Positions 19,305-28,925 of a stretch of 64,000 nucleotides of DNA are shown in pieces. A program made the position numbers and the translations under genes. Where the stretch lies: NCBI GenBank assembly GCA_963806035.1, contig CAWDWO010000026.1, positions 128,001 to 192,000 on the forward strand, written 5' to 3'. Numbering within the stretch: position 1 is the first letter of the stretch; every line of letters begins with the position of its first letter. Under the pieces are notes generated by a model, which was not told the DNA's origin, did not search any database, and worked only from the letters and a program-made list of their open reading frames with translations. This DNA comes from Candidatus Krumholzibacteriota bacterium (GTDB lineage: Bacteria > Krumholzibacteriota > Krumholzibacteriia > JAJRXK01).

Positions 19305-20234
19305 CTACTGCTTCATCCAGCGGAGGGAAAGCAAATGCGCCTGTCCCAGTTCCTTGTGCGGAACGTAGGCGTAATCCAGGGCCAATCCCGAGTGGGCGAT
19401 GGTGAAGCCGAATCGCAGCGGAGAGAAGCTCGCCTGCTCCGAAGATTCGGTGAGCGCGACATAACCCGCGCGCAAATTGAGGATCCCGTGCATCCCCGAC
19501 CACTGCGCGCCCAGAGCGAGGTCCTTGTCGCCATAACGGCGGTCGTTGTACTGAGCCACGAGTTCCACATCGTGCAGCCCCGGTGAAACCGCGACACCCG
19601 TTGCCAGACGCCGTGGCGGATCGTAGCTGCTGCCGTCATAGTTCAGGTAGCCGAAGAGATTGGTGCCGGACACCCCGATGCGTGCCGGTCCCACGTCCAG
19701 GAGCGCACCGAGATCGAAAGAGAAGCCGGTGCCCTTGGCCACCTCCAGGTTCTCCTGGATGTACTGCGCGCCCGCACCCAGGCTGAGCATGCCGAAGCGC
19801 ATGGCATAGGCCGCGCCCAGGCTGAGATCCTGGGGCTCCAGAGAGCCCATCCGGTTGCCACTGGCGTCGAATCGCGGCACGCTCGCATGGTTCACCATGC
19901 GGCCCGTCAGCGCGAGTCCGGAGCGGCCCTTCTGCAGGGGCATCTGAATGGACAGGGCATTGACGCGCTGCTCGGCCAACCACAGCTCGTGGGTCAGGGT
20001 GGCGGTGCTGCTCGTCACCTGGGACCCGGCCGGGTTGGCGAAAGGCGAAATTCCGTGGCTGAATCGTGCAACATCCGCTCCACCCATGCCCGCACCCACC
20101 ACGTCCACGGGAATGCTGAGGAAGGTGCCGCTGGTCTCTTGAGCCCAAGCGGATGGCGCCGCCACGCCGAGGAAGAGCAGGATGTAACCCGTGATGCTGA
20201 GAAAGTAATGGACTCGTCTTGATTGACGCTTCAT
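19305..20234 (-). CDS. PorV/PorQ-family outer-membrane beta-barrel
   Basis: Signal peptide, FLSIP...AGMG and ANPAG motifs, amphipathic strands, LDYAY...HLLSLRW end. Confidence 0.75.
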   Translation of the reverse strand: MKRQSRRVHYFLSITGYILLFLGVAAPSAWAQETSGTFLSIPVDVVGAGMGGADVARFSHGISPFANPAGSQVTSSTATLTHELWLAEQRVNALSIQMPLQKGRSGLALTGRMVNHASVPRFDASGNRMGSLEPQDLSLGAAYAMRFGMLSLGAGAQYIQENLEVAKGTGFSFDLGALLDVGPARIGVSGTNLFGYLNYDGSSYDPPRRLATGVAVSPGLHDVELVAQYNDRRYGDKDLALGAQWSGMHGILNLRAGYVALTESSEQASFSPLRFGFTIAHSGLALDYAYVPHKELGQAHLLSLRWMKQ

Positions 20235-20283
20235 CTGCAAGACTCTACGCTCCCTTTTCGACCCTCCCCACCCCAATGACTGG

Positions 20284-20298
20284 GCAGGATCCAAGCCA
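20284..20298 (-). promoter_or_regulatory. Candidate σ54 promoter of the PorV-exosortase unit
   Basis: TGGCTTG-GATC-CTGC on -; GG-N10-GC spacing. Confidence 0.5.
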
Positions 20299-20306
20299 AA
20301 TTCCCC

Positions 20307-21308
20307 ATGTCTGACGCCAACTCACGCATTCGTTCGTTCCTGAGCCGGCACCTTTTCGCCTACCTTGCGGCTCTGGCGCTCCTCGTGGTGGTTCTCGCCT
20401 TCATCCTGGCGAGAAAGCCCCTACACGAGGCCTGGCAGGTCTTTGATCGTTCTCTCATCCTGCCGGTTCTCGCCCTGAGCCTGCTCAACTACTGGCTCCG
20501 TTTCGCCAAGTGGGACTTCCTCTTGAAGGCCCTGAAGATCCGCGTGCCCTTTGTGTCCAACGCGCGCATCTACTTTTCTTGCCTCACCATGGTCGTGACT
20601 CCCTTCCGACTGGGTGAGGTCTACAAACTCGTCTTCCTGCGCCGCCAACACGGCCACTCGATCCAGAGCACCACTCCCGTGCTCCTGGTCGACCGGATCA
20701 CCGATGCCTTCGCCCTGACCCTTCTGGCCCTGGTCGGGATCGGTAGCGGACAGAAGAACCTCCAACCGCGCCTGATCGCGCTCTTGCTGGTGACCCTCCT
20801 CGGCGGCTTCCTCTTGGGTCGTCCCTGGGTGCAGAAGCTGATGCTGCGGCTTCTGCGAAAGATTCCCTGGACGGCCAAGCGAGCCGACTCGTTGGGCGAA
20901 GCCCTGCGCGACGGTGCGCGACTCTTTTCCACCGCGAAACTTCTCCCCGCTCTTCTCTTGAGCTTGGGGGCATGGTTCGCGGAATGCGTGGGGCTCTATC
21001 TGATTCTCGTGGGGCTGGGGACGTCCATTCCCCTCGTCCAGGCCAGCTGGATCTATGCTGGCAGTACGATCGCAGGGAATCTCACCTTGTTGCCGGGCGG
21101 CTTGGTGGGGACAGAAGCTCTTTTGATCGAGATTCTGCGCCAGTCCGGCATCACTCTCGCCACGGCGACCGCGGCGACCCTGCTTGTTCGGGGAGCGACT
21201 CTATGGTTCGCGGTTCTTCTCGGTCTTGTCGTAACCTTCACTTCCCGGCGTGAGCTGCGGTGGAAAGAGCTTCGGCGAGAAACAGATTCTTATTCTTCTT
21301 CGCCGTAA
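20307..21308 (+). CDS. Lysylphosphatidylglycerol-synthase TM / flippase-like protein (UPF0104)
   Basis: LRFAKW, TPFRLGE, PGGLVGTE and LLVRGATLW motifs. Confidence 0.85.
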   Translation: MSDANSRIRSFLSRHLFAYLAALALLVVVLAFILARKPLHEAWQVFDRSLILPVLALSLLNYWLRFAKWDFLLKALKIRVPFVSNARIYFSCLTMVVTPFRLGEVYKLVFLRRQHGHSIQSTTPVLLVDRITDAFALTLLALVGIGSGQKNLQPRLIALLLVTLLGGFLLGRPWVQKLMLRLLRKIPWTAKRADSLGEALRDGARLFSTAKLLPALLLSLGAWFAECVGLYLILVGLGTSIPLVQASWIYAGSTIAGNLTLLPGGLVGTEALLIEILRQSGITLATATAATLLVRGATLWFAVLLGLVVTFTSRRELRWKELRRETDSYSSSP

Positions 21309-21991
21309 TAGCTGTACTCGTAGTAGTAGGGTAAGACTCGTGACGCGTTGTTGAGAACCACGCCAAGGATGCGTGCGTTTGAATCATCGAGAATGTCTCG
21401 TGCCCGTTCGACGACTTCTCGTGGGGTGAGTCCACCCATGATCACCATCAAGATTCCATCCATCTCTCCCGCCAGGATCGTGGTATCCGCGACGGGCAAT
21501 ACCGGGGGCGCATCGAAGATGACGATTTCAAATCGTTTTCGCAAGTGCTCGACGGTATCGCTCAGATGCTGTCTTTCGAAGAGTGCTCCCGGGTGTTCCT
21601 CGCGGTACCCACTCGGGATCACTTGAAGAAAAGAGTGAGGAGTCGGCCGTAAGGCCTGATCGATCGAGCACTTCCCCTGCAGGATATCGCTGAGTCCCGG
21701 CTCACGCGGCATCTCGAAGAGCTTGTGGACGGTGGGACGGCGCAGATCGGCGTCGACCAAAACCGTGCGCGTGCGACGGTGACGCGCCACCGTGACGGCC
21801 AAATTCGCCGAGGTGGTGCTCTTTCCCTCGCCCCTCTCGGCGGAAGTTAACATCAGGACCTGTGCCGAGAGTTCCTTCAGCCGCGGACGCAGCTTGGTGT
21901 ACATCCGTCGCATCTCGACTGCCAAGGGAGTCTCGAAATCCTTGGGATCGGTGGACAACAGAGACGATTGCTGAACCTCGTTCTCTCTCAC
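21290..21991 (-). CDS. CpsD/CapB BY tyrosine kinase (Wzc C-terminal part)
   Basis: GEGKST, VDADLRRP and DAPP motifs; C-terminal YYYEYSYY cluster. Confidence 0.93.
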   Translation of the reverse strand: MRENEVQQSSLLSTDPKDFETPLAVEMRRMYTKLRPRLKELSAQVLMLTSAERGEGKSTTSANLAVTVARHRRTRTVLVDADLRRPTVHKLFEMPREPGLSDILQGKCSIDQALRPTPHSFLQVIPSGYREEHPGALFERQHLSDTVEHLRKRFEIVIFDAPPVLPVADTTILAGEMDGILMVIMGGLTPREVVERARDILDDSNARILGVVLNNASRVLPYYYEYSYYGEEE

Positions 21992-23718
21992 TGTGAATCC
22001 CCTGGGGCGGAAGAGGGTGCGGCGCTTTCCGTCAATGGACTGAGCGGCTGAATGTGATCGTGCACCATGGCCTGTCGATAGTAGAGGACGAAGAGCAGCA
22101 TCGCCGTCACCAGGGTGACGATGAATGCGGTTCTCCACACGAACACCGTGCGCCTCTTTTTGAGGCTCCACTCATAGGTATCCGCGAAGCGCGGTAAAGT
22201 TCCCACCACGCGCAGTCCCAGGATGTGCTCGACCTCGTCCACGTCCTTGAAACTGGAATCCACGTATTCCGCCAGGAAGATGGCGCCCATTCCGATGCCC
22301 AGGGCGAGCACGATGCCCATCAACGCGATCTTCTTCTTGTCCGGCTTGAAGGGCGTAATCGCCTTGAAGGCCGGCTCCAGGACACGAACGCTGATGCCGA
22401 AGCCACTCTCGTTCGCGGCCAGTCGCAGCTCGTTGGAGTTCTCGGCGTCGATCAGGTGGTTGTAGATCGACTCCTCCTGGGAGACCTTTTGCTCCAGACG
22501 GCGTAGCTCGGCCTCCAGCCCCGGCTTCTTTTTGATGCGTTGCTGGAAGGCGTCGTATTCGCCCTGGATCCTGTCCTGATGCTTGCGCAGCACCTCGTCG
22601 ACGACCATGAGCTCTGCCTTCCGCGCGAGCATTTCCAGCGCGTGCTTGGGCAAATTGGGGTAAGCGTCGCTCATGATCTCGAGCATGCGCGCGTTCAGGC
22701 GATTTCTCTGCACACCGATTCGCTGCTGTTCGGGGGTGATTCCCGAAGCGGAGCTGACCGTAGTGCCGAGCTGTGAGACGTAGTCCTGTTGTTCCAGCGC
22801 TTCGAGCCGATCGCGGATTCCCTGCACCTGCGGGTCGTCACTGAAGCGGAGATTTCGCGGAGGCGAGTCGAGCATGGAGAACAGCTCGTTGTCGATGCGC
22901 GTGATCTCGCGCTCGTTTTCCGTGAGATCGAGTTTGACGTTTTGCAGGATCCCCTCGGCCTGACGGCTGTTCTTTTCGTTCACCGGATTGTTGGTGAGGG
23001 TCTCCTGGATGACGCGGGTTCGTTTGAACTTCTCGAGTTCCGATTCCGCATCCTTGAGATTCTGCCGCGCGCTCTCCAACTGTTGATCGGTGAAGCTGGT
23101 GGTCTCGATCAGACCCTCCACCCTGCGCCGGTTCATCTCCTCCACGAAGGCCTCGGTCACCGCCTCGGTGAGCTTGTACGCAGTGTAGGGATCGTTGTCC
23201 TCCATGCTGATCAGAAAGAGGTTGCCCTCCTGATAGCTGACGTAAAGCTTGTGGCGTAGACGATCGACCAGGAGTCGCTCGGCGATCAAACTGAGAGTCT
23301 GATCCGGCAGCTTCGTCTCCTGGAGGATCCGCGCCTGCTCCTGGATCTCCTTGTCGTTACGCAGCTGGAGATTCCGGATGACGCGGGTGAGCAGCTGTTG
23401 CGACATGAGCGTCTCGCGCACCATGACCAGGTTCTCGAGATCGCGCACGCGGCGGGCCTCGCGCGTCATGAGCTTGTCCACGTCGGTTCCGGTGCTTCGG
23501 TCTTCCAAGAGGATACGCACGCTCGACTGATACACGGGCGGCATCGTCGCGACTCCCGCCCCCAGAACACTCCCGATCACCAGCACCGGAAGAATGAGGT
23601 AGAAACGGCGCCGGCGAATGATCTGCCACAGGCGATGGGGATCGAACCCTCCTTCGCCGCTCTTGGACGCTTGGGAAGGGCCCGACCTATGCTGCGATTT
23701 CCTGGGGCTAGGGGCCAT
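21988..23718 (-). CDS. Polysaccharide co-polymerase (GumC/Wzz-type, Wzc N-terminal part)
   Basis: TM-PVYQS, coiled coil, VLEPA..P.KP, EYVDSSFK, VVGTLP. Confidence 0.88.
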   Translation of the reverse strand: MAPSPRKSQHRSGPSQASKSGEGGFDPHRLWQIIRRRRFYLILPVLVIGSVLGAGVATMPPVYQSSVRILLEDRSTGTDVDKLMTREARRVRDLENLVMVRETLMSQQLLTRVIRNLQLRNDKEIQEQARILQETKLPDQTLSLIAERLLVDRLRHKLYVSYQEGNLFLISMEDNDPYTAYKLTEAVTEAFVEEMNRRRVEGLIETTSFTDQQLESARQNLKDAESELEKFKRTRVIQETLTNNPVNEKNSRQAEGILQNVKLDLTENEREITRIDNELFSMLDSPPRNLRFSDDPQVQGIRDRLEALEQQDYVSQLGTTVSSASGITPEQQRIGVQRNRLNARMLEIMSDAYPNLPKHALEMLARKAELMVVDEVLRKHQDRIQGEYDAFQQRIKKKPGLEAELRRLEQKVSQEESIYNHLIDAENSNELRLAANESGFGISVRVLEPAFKAITPFKPDKKKIALMGIVLALGIGMGAIFLAEYVDSSFKDVDEVEHILGLRVVGTLPRFADTYEWSLKKRRTVFVWRTAFIVTLVTAMLLFVLYYRQAMVHDHIQPLSPLTESAAPSSAPGDSQ

Positions 23719-23746
23719 GCTGATTCTCCACGACGCGCGTACGCGT

Positions 23747-24724
23747 TTACTTGCGCGAAACGCTGATCAAGAGGGCGACCACCCCGGTGACCGAGGCCAC
23801 GATGCCGGGAAGAATCCGCCACACGCCTCCCGAGCTGGGCTTCTTCTCGACGAAAACCGTGTCGCCCGAATAGACCAGGGGGTTGCCGCTGATCTGTCCG
23901 TTCTCCAAGAAGAGGGTCGTATCCACCGTCCGGCCCTGTAGGCTACCGCGCCCCGAATCGTGCACCAATCGCACCTTGTGGGGGTCACCCTCGCCGTTGA
24001 AACCGCCCGCCAGGAGGATCACCGTGAGCACCGGGGTGGGACCCTCCACGCTGTAGAACCCCGCCTTGACGACCTGCCCGAACACCTGCACGCCGGTCTC
24101 CCGATCCGCCGCGTTGAGCATCGCGTCGTCGGGAACGATGACGGTGTCCCCCGGCGAAAGATCGGGAAGATCTCCGGTCCCCTCTCCGTGGATCACCTCG
24201 GCAACGTTCACCAGAGTCGTCACCGTCGATTTCTCGTCATTGTGAAGCACGCGCACGCGCCGCAAATTCGCGGTGGCGGTCGGCCCTCCCGCGGTGCGGA
24301 TCGCGTCCCATGCAGTGGGAGTTTCCTTGAAGGAATGTACGCCGGGCTTCGCGACAGCCCCCATGACGTAGATCTGCAAACTCTGATACTTGCTGACCGT
24401 GACGGAAACCTCGGTGATGTCTCGGTTGAAGGAACGCAGTCGCTTCGCGAGAAGGTCCTCCAGTTCGGGAACGGTCAGTCCGGCTGCCTTGACCTCACCG
24501 ACGAGCGGCACCACTACCGTACCATCGTCACGGACGGTGAGTTCCCGATCGAGAGTGGGCTGCTGCCACACCGAGAGCTGGAGCACGTCTCCCACACCGA
24601 GATGGTAGGGCCGGCCCGCGACCGCGTTGGGATACTGCGCCAGAGCACCAGGCACGGCCACCGCGCCCAGAAGAGCGAGCAGAAGGAGGAGGCTCAGGGA
24701 TCGACAGGACTTGGGCAATCTCAT
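23747..24724 (-). CDS. Polysaccharide export protein (Wza/SLBB)
   Basis: GDVLQLSVW, DGTVVVPLVG, AAGLT; two SLBB repeats. Confidence 0.9.
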   Translation of the reverse strand: MRLPKSCRSLSLLLLLALLGAVAVPGALAQYPNAVAGRPYHLGVGDVLQLSVWQQPTLDRELTVRDDGTVVVPLVGEVKAAGLTVPELEDLLAKRLRSFNRDITEVSVTVSKYQSLQIYVMGAVAKPGVHSFKETPTAWDAIRTAGGPTATANLRRVRVLHNDEKSTVTTLVNVAEVIHGEGTGDLPDLSPGDTVIVPDDAMLNAADRETGVQVFGQVVKAGFYSVEGPTPVLTVILLAGGFNGEGDPHKVRLVHDSGRGSLQGRTVDTTLFLENGQISGNPLVYSGDTVFVEKKPSSGGVWRILPGIVASVTGVVALLISVSRK

Positions 24725-24790
24725 GTTCCAGGGTACCCGCGCTGAATGGAATGACGAAACCGGGCAACTCGCAAAGAGACGCCCACGAAT

Positions 24791-24819
24791 GCGGGACCCT
24801 CTCAGCCAGAGGATCCCGC
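24791..24819 (-). terminator. Hairpin downstream of the PEP-CTERM gene
   Basis: GCGGGATCCTCT/AGAGGGTCCCGC 12-bp stem with one G-U pair; weak U-tract. Confidence 0.4.
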
Positions 24820-24871
24820 TCCAATCCATATACGCTTATGGAGTCGATGACAATGCCCGAGTGAGGCTCTC

Positions 24872-25432
24872 CTAGCTCTGGGCCTGTGCCCCTCGGCGAC
24901 GGGCATGAATCATGGCTCCCACGATGACCAGACCACATGCAAGAAGCATGACGGTGGCAGGCTCGGGGGCCGGGGTCGCCGCGGTGCGGGGCTGACGCCC
25001 CTCCATGGGTACGCTGACGATGGGATCTCCACCGCGGTTGCGGTCCAGGGCTACCCAGCCCGTGGGCTCACCCAGGTTGACATCGCCGTCGCCAATGCGG
25101 GTGACGCCGAGGGTCGTGGTGAGAGGAATCGCACCGCTGGAAATGGTGCCCGTACCGGCATCGGGGTCCTCGCTGGGGAAGACCAGGGGGAGGCGGCCAT
25201 TCGGTTCCACCAGATAGAGATCGGAACTGTTCGATCCCTCCGGGGTCTGCAGTTTGAGCGTGAGTTCGGGAGTCTCGGCGGGATCGGCCGTCTCAGGCAC
25301 GGCGCTCCAGATCGTGGACGAACCCAGGGCCGCTGCTGAGGGGTCCACTGCCATGTTGGCCTGCGCGGACGGCGCGGCCAGGCAGAGGAGCAGCGCGAGG
25401 GCTGCGGAAAGGATCAGAAGTGGGCGCGTCAT
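24872..25432 (-). CDS. PEP-CTERM sorting-domain protein
   Basis: Signal peptide; C-terminal APEPATVMLLACGL TM segment followed by RRR. Confidence 0.88.
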   Translation of the reverse strand: MTRPLLILSAALALLLCLAAPSAQANMAVDPSAAALGSSTIWSAVPETADPAETPELTLKLQTPEGSNSSDLYLVEPNGRLPLVFPSEDPDAGTGTISSGAIPLTTTLGVTRIGDGDVNLGEPTGWVALDRNRGGDPIVSVPMEGRQPRTAATPAPEPATVMLLACGLVIVGAMIHARRRGAQAQS

Positions 25433-25514
25433 GATTAGGACCTCGATCGCAGGGCAGGGTAACGGGAATTCGGGCGCGACCACGGCCTCCGCGGCCACCC
25501 GAAAGCTCCCCAAT

Positions 25515-25544
25515 AGTTTAGAAGCGTTTGCCATGGATTGTCAA
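25515..25544 (-). promoter_or_regulatory. σ70-type promoter of the PEP-CTERM gene
   Basis: TTGACA-N18-TAAACT on -. Confidence 0.65.
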
Positions 25545-25569
25545 CTCTGGCAAAGGGACGCTAAACTCC

Positions 25570-26517
25570 CTAGCTGCCTTGGGTTTCCTGTGATGCCCGA
25601 TACCACTCCACAGTCCGCCGTAGTCCCTCGTCGAAGGGGATCTGAGCCTCGTATCCCAGCAGCTCTCGGGCCCGTGAAATATCGGCCTGGCTGTGCCGCA
25701 CGTCCCCCGTCCGGACCGGTCCGTGGACGGGATCGAGCGAGCTTCCCACCAGCCTGGCCAGGCGCGCATAGAGTTCGTTGAGCGTGACCCGGTCCCCCAA
25801 GGCCACGTTCACCACCTCCCCGGAGAGCTTGGGCGCCCGCAGGGCGAGGAGATTCGCGTGAACCACGTTCTCCACGTAGGTGAAATCCCGTGACTGCTCG
25901 CCGTCGCCGTGGATGGTCGGAGGCTCCCCCTTCAAGAGAGCGTCCAAGAAGAGCGGAATCACGGCCGCGTAGGGGCTGTCCGGGTCCTGGCGCGGACCGA
26001 AGACGTTGAAGTAACGGATGGCCAGGGTCTCCATGCCGTAGACCTGGGCAAAGACCGACACGTATTGCTCCCCCGCCAGTTTGGCCACCGCGTAGGGAGA
26101 CTTGGGCCTCTCCCGCATGGTCTCCACCTTGGGCAAAACCTCACTGTCGCCGTAGGCCGAGGAGGAAGCGGCATAGATCACTCGCTTCACGCCTTCGTCC
26201 CGGCTCGCAACGAGCACGTTCAATGTGCCCGCTACGTTGACCGCATTGCTGGCCAGTGGGTCCTTCACGCTGCGCGGAACCGAGGCCAGCGCGGCCTCGT
26301 GAAAGACGTAGTCGCAGCCCTTCACCGCCTCGCGCACTTTCTCGAGTTCGGTCACGCTGGCCCGGAAAACTTCGTCGACGCCAGCCGCCTCGACATTGCG
26401 CTCAAATCCGGTCGAGAAGTCGTCGAGGATTCTCACCTCGTCCCCCGCCTCCACCAATGCGGCCGCGATGTGCGAGCCGATGAATCCCGCGCCTCCTGTG
26501 ATCAGGACTTTCGCCAT
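25570..26517 (-). CDS. UDP-GlcNAc(A) 4-epimerase-like SDR (WbpP/TviC type)
   Basis: TGGAGFIG, SVPRS, YAVAK and YFNVFGPRQDP motifs. Confidence 0.92.
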   Translation of the reverse strand: MAKVLITGGAGFIGSHIAAALVEAGDEVRILDDFSTGFERNVEAAGVDEVFRASVTELEKVREAVKGCDYVFHEAALASVPRSVKDPLASNAVNVAGTLNVLVASRDEGVKRVIYAASSSAYGDSEVLPKVETMRERPKSPYAVAKLAGEQYVSVFAQVYGMETLAIRYFNVFGPRQDPDSPYAAVIPLFLDALLKGEPPTIHGDGEQSRDFTYVENVVHANLLALRAPKLSGEVVNVALGDRVTLNELYARLARLVGSSLDPVHGPVRTGDVRHSQADISRARELLGYEAQIPFDEGLRRTVEWYRASQETQGS

Positions 26518-26534
26518 GAGCTTCTCCTGCCCCT

Positions 26535-27830
26535 CTAGAGTCGATAGAGATGATCGAATGCTTCTCCGCGCAGAGCGTTGCGCGTGTCGACCACGCTTTG
26601 GCAATGCTTGGCGAAGAGGGAGTGGTCGACGTCCGCATGCGCGGTGGTGATGACGGCGCAATCGAATTCCGCAAGTTGCTCCGCGCCGATTTCCACCAGG
26701 CGCTGCGCGTCCAAGGGAAGCGGCAGCTTCTCCACATGCGGATCGTACCACCAGGTCTGAGCTCCCATCTCACTGACCTGTTGCAGTACGTCCAGCGCCG
26801 GCGATTCGCGCGTGTCGTCGATTCCCGCCTTGTAGGCGATGCCGACGATGAGAATCTTGCTGCCGCGGACCGCCTTTCCTCTGTCGTTGAGCGCGCTGGC
26901 CACCAGCTGCAAGACGAAGCCGGGCATGCTGCTGTTGATCACGCCCGCCAGCTCGATGAAGCGCGCCTCGAATCCGTGCGCGCGCGCCTTCCAGCTGAGG
27001 TAGAAGGGATCGATCGGAATGCAGTGTCCACCCAGACCGGGGCCGGGATAGAAGGGCATGAAGCCGAAGGGTTTGGTGGCCGCGGCATCGATGACTTCCC
27101 ACACGTTGATGTCCATCTTGCTGCACATCTGCGCCATCTCGTTCACCAGACCGATGTTCACACTACGGAAGGTGTTCTCCAGCAACTTGACGGTTTCCGC
27201 GACACGAGCGCTGGACACCGGCACCACCTGACTGAGGGAAGCGCGGTACAGCGCGGCCGCGGTCTCGGTGCAGGCGGGCGTGATCCCGCCCACGATCTTC
27301 GGGATGTTCTTGGTGCTGAAGCGTGGGTTGCCGGGGTCGACTCTCTCCGGCGAGAAGGCCAAATAGAAATCCTCTCCCACTTTCAAGCCGGTGCTCTCGA
27401 GCCGGGGCAGGATCACCTCTTCGGTGGTTCCCGGATAGGTGGTGCTCTCCAGGATGATCAGCATGCCGGGATGCAGATTCTCGACGATCTTTTCCACCGC
27501 CGAGTCGATGTAGCTGATGTCCGGATCGCGGGTCTTGGAGAGCGGAGTCGGAACGCAGATGTTCACGCTGTCACAGGACTCTAGGACGCTGAAGTCGGTA
27601 GTGGCGCTCAAACGCCCCTTCGCGACCAGCTGGGCCACCGTGTCGGACTTGACGTCCCCGACGTAGCTCTCGCCGCGCGCGAGCCTCTCCACTTTCCTCG
27701 AATCCAAATCGATGCCGGTGACCGTGAAGCCGCTCTTCGCGTACTCGACGGCCAGGGGCAATCCCACGTAACCCAGCCCGATGACGGCCAGCCGAGCTGA
27801 GCCATCTTTGAGTTTTTCTTGAAATGTCAT
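26535..27830 (-). CDS. UDP-N-acetylhexosamine 6-dehydrogenase (WbpA/WecC type)
   Basis: GLGYVGLP, CVPTP, SPER and GGHCIP motifs. Confidence 0.93.
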   Translation of the reverse strand: MTFQEKLKDGSARLAVIGLGYVGLPLAVEYAKSGFTVTGIDLDSRKVERLARGESYVGDVKSDTVAQLVAKGRLSATTDFSVLESCDSVNICVPTPLSKTRDPDISYIDSAVEKIVENLHPGMLIILESTTYPGTTEEVILPRLESTGLKVGEDFYLAFSPERVDPGNPRFSTKNIPKIVGGITPACTETAAALYRASLSQVVPVSSARVAETVKLLENTFRSVNIGLVNEMAQMCSKMDINVWEVIDAAATKPFGFMPFYPGPGLGGHCIPIDPFYLSWKARAHGFEARFIELAGVINSSMPGFVLQLVASALNDRGKAVRGSKILIVGIAYKAGIDDTRESPALDVLQQVSEMGAQTWWYDPHVEKLPLPLDAQRLVEIGAEQLAEFDCAVITTAHADVDHSLFAKHCQSVVDTRNALRGEAFDHLYRL

Positions 27831-27832
27831 GA

Positions 27833-28885
27833 TCAATCCTCAGGCGCGGCAGCGTTTGGGACCGGGGGTGAAAGAGGATATCCGATACGGTCCCGGCCCT
27901 CCGACTTGGCGAGGTAGAGGCGGTCATCGGCCCGGCTCAAAAGCTCGCGCGCGGAATCTCCGTCTTCGGGATACACAGCGATCCCCGCGCTGACGGTGAG
28001 CCGGCGCTGAGGATCGTCATGGAAGCGGTGGCCGGCGACCCTGCGGAGCATTCTTTCGGCGAACACGATCGATCCCTCCGCGTTGGTGTTCGGCAGAATC
28101 AAGCTGAACTCATCGCCACCGTACTTGGCGATGATGTCGATTTCGCGGGCGTCGGTTCTCAAGAGGGATCCCATCTCGCGCAAGGCAGAACTCCCGGCCA
28201 GGTGGCCATTCACGTCATTGTATTCTTTGAGGTTGTCGACATCAACCATCACCACCGCGAAGGGCTCCTGGAAGCGGCTGGCCCGCTTCACCTCGCGATG
28301 CAGTGCGTCCATGAAGTAGCGGTAGTTGTACAAACCGGTCAGCCCGTCGGTGCTGGCCTCCGTCTCCAGGCGGTGATAGAGGCGGGCCAACTCCAGGACC
28401 ACCGAGGCCTGGTTGGCCAGAAAGCCGAGCAGCTTGGCGTCCTCCGGAGAGAAGGAGGACTCCTGCGGAAAGACGATGAGAATCCCCCGCGTCTTGCCCC
28501 CCGCGAAGAGAGGCGAGGACATCGGCGGACCGAAGGCAATACTGTCCTTGAAGCTGCCGATTTCTTCCATGAGGAGCTCCGGCGGCTGAAGGAGCGCTTC
28601 GGCCTGCTCCTGCTGGATCCACTTCACCAGATTGGTGCTGCGCGACAGCAGCTGGGCGCTGAGGACCTCCCGGCCCTTCTCGTCTCGCGAGAGGACCAGA
28701 CGGCGAATCCGCTCATTTTCCACCAGGAGCAGATGCACGAAACGGGCATCCAGCAACGAGAGCGCGCTGCGCAGGATCCTCTCCAGAATCTGCTCTTCCC
28801 GATGGGGTCCCGCGCTGATCAAGCCCGAGAGCTCGTAGATCGCCTCAAAGAGGCGTTCCCAGCGGGTACTTTCGTAAGTTTCCAT
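27833..28885 (-). CDS. GAF-GGDEF diguanylate cyclase
   Basis: DGLTGLYN, NDVNGH, REID I-site, KYGGDEF. Confidence 0.93.
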   Translation of the reverse strand: METYESTRWERLFEAIYELSGLISAGPHREEQILERILRSALSLLDARFVHLLLVENERIRRLVLSRDEKGREVLSAQLLSRSTNLVKWIQQEQAEALLQPPELLMEEIGSFKDSIAFGPPMSSPLFAGGKTRGILIVFPQESSFSPEDAKLLGFLANQASVVLELARLYHRLETEASTDGLTGLYNYRYFMDALHREVKRASRFQEPFAVVMVDVDNLKEYNDVNGHLAGSSALREMGSLLRTDAREIDIIAKYGGDEFSLILPNTNAEGSIVFAERMLRRVAGHRFHDDPQRRLTVSAGIAVYPEDGDSARELLSRADDRLYLAKSEGRDRIGYPLSPPVPNAAAPED

Positions 28886-28925
28886 GGATTTCCCGATCCA
28901 GTGTGCGGTACCTCAGCCGGCAATA

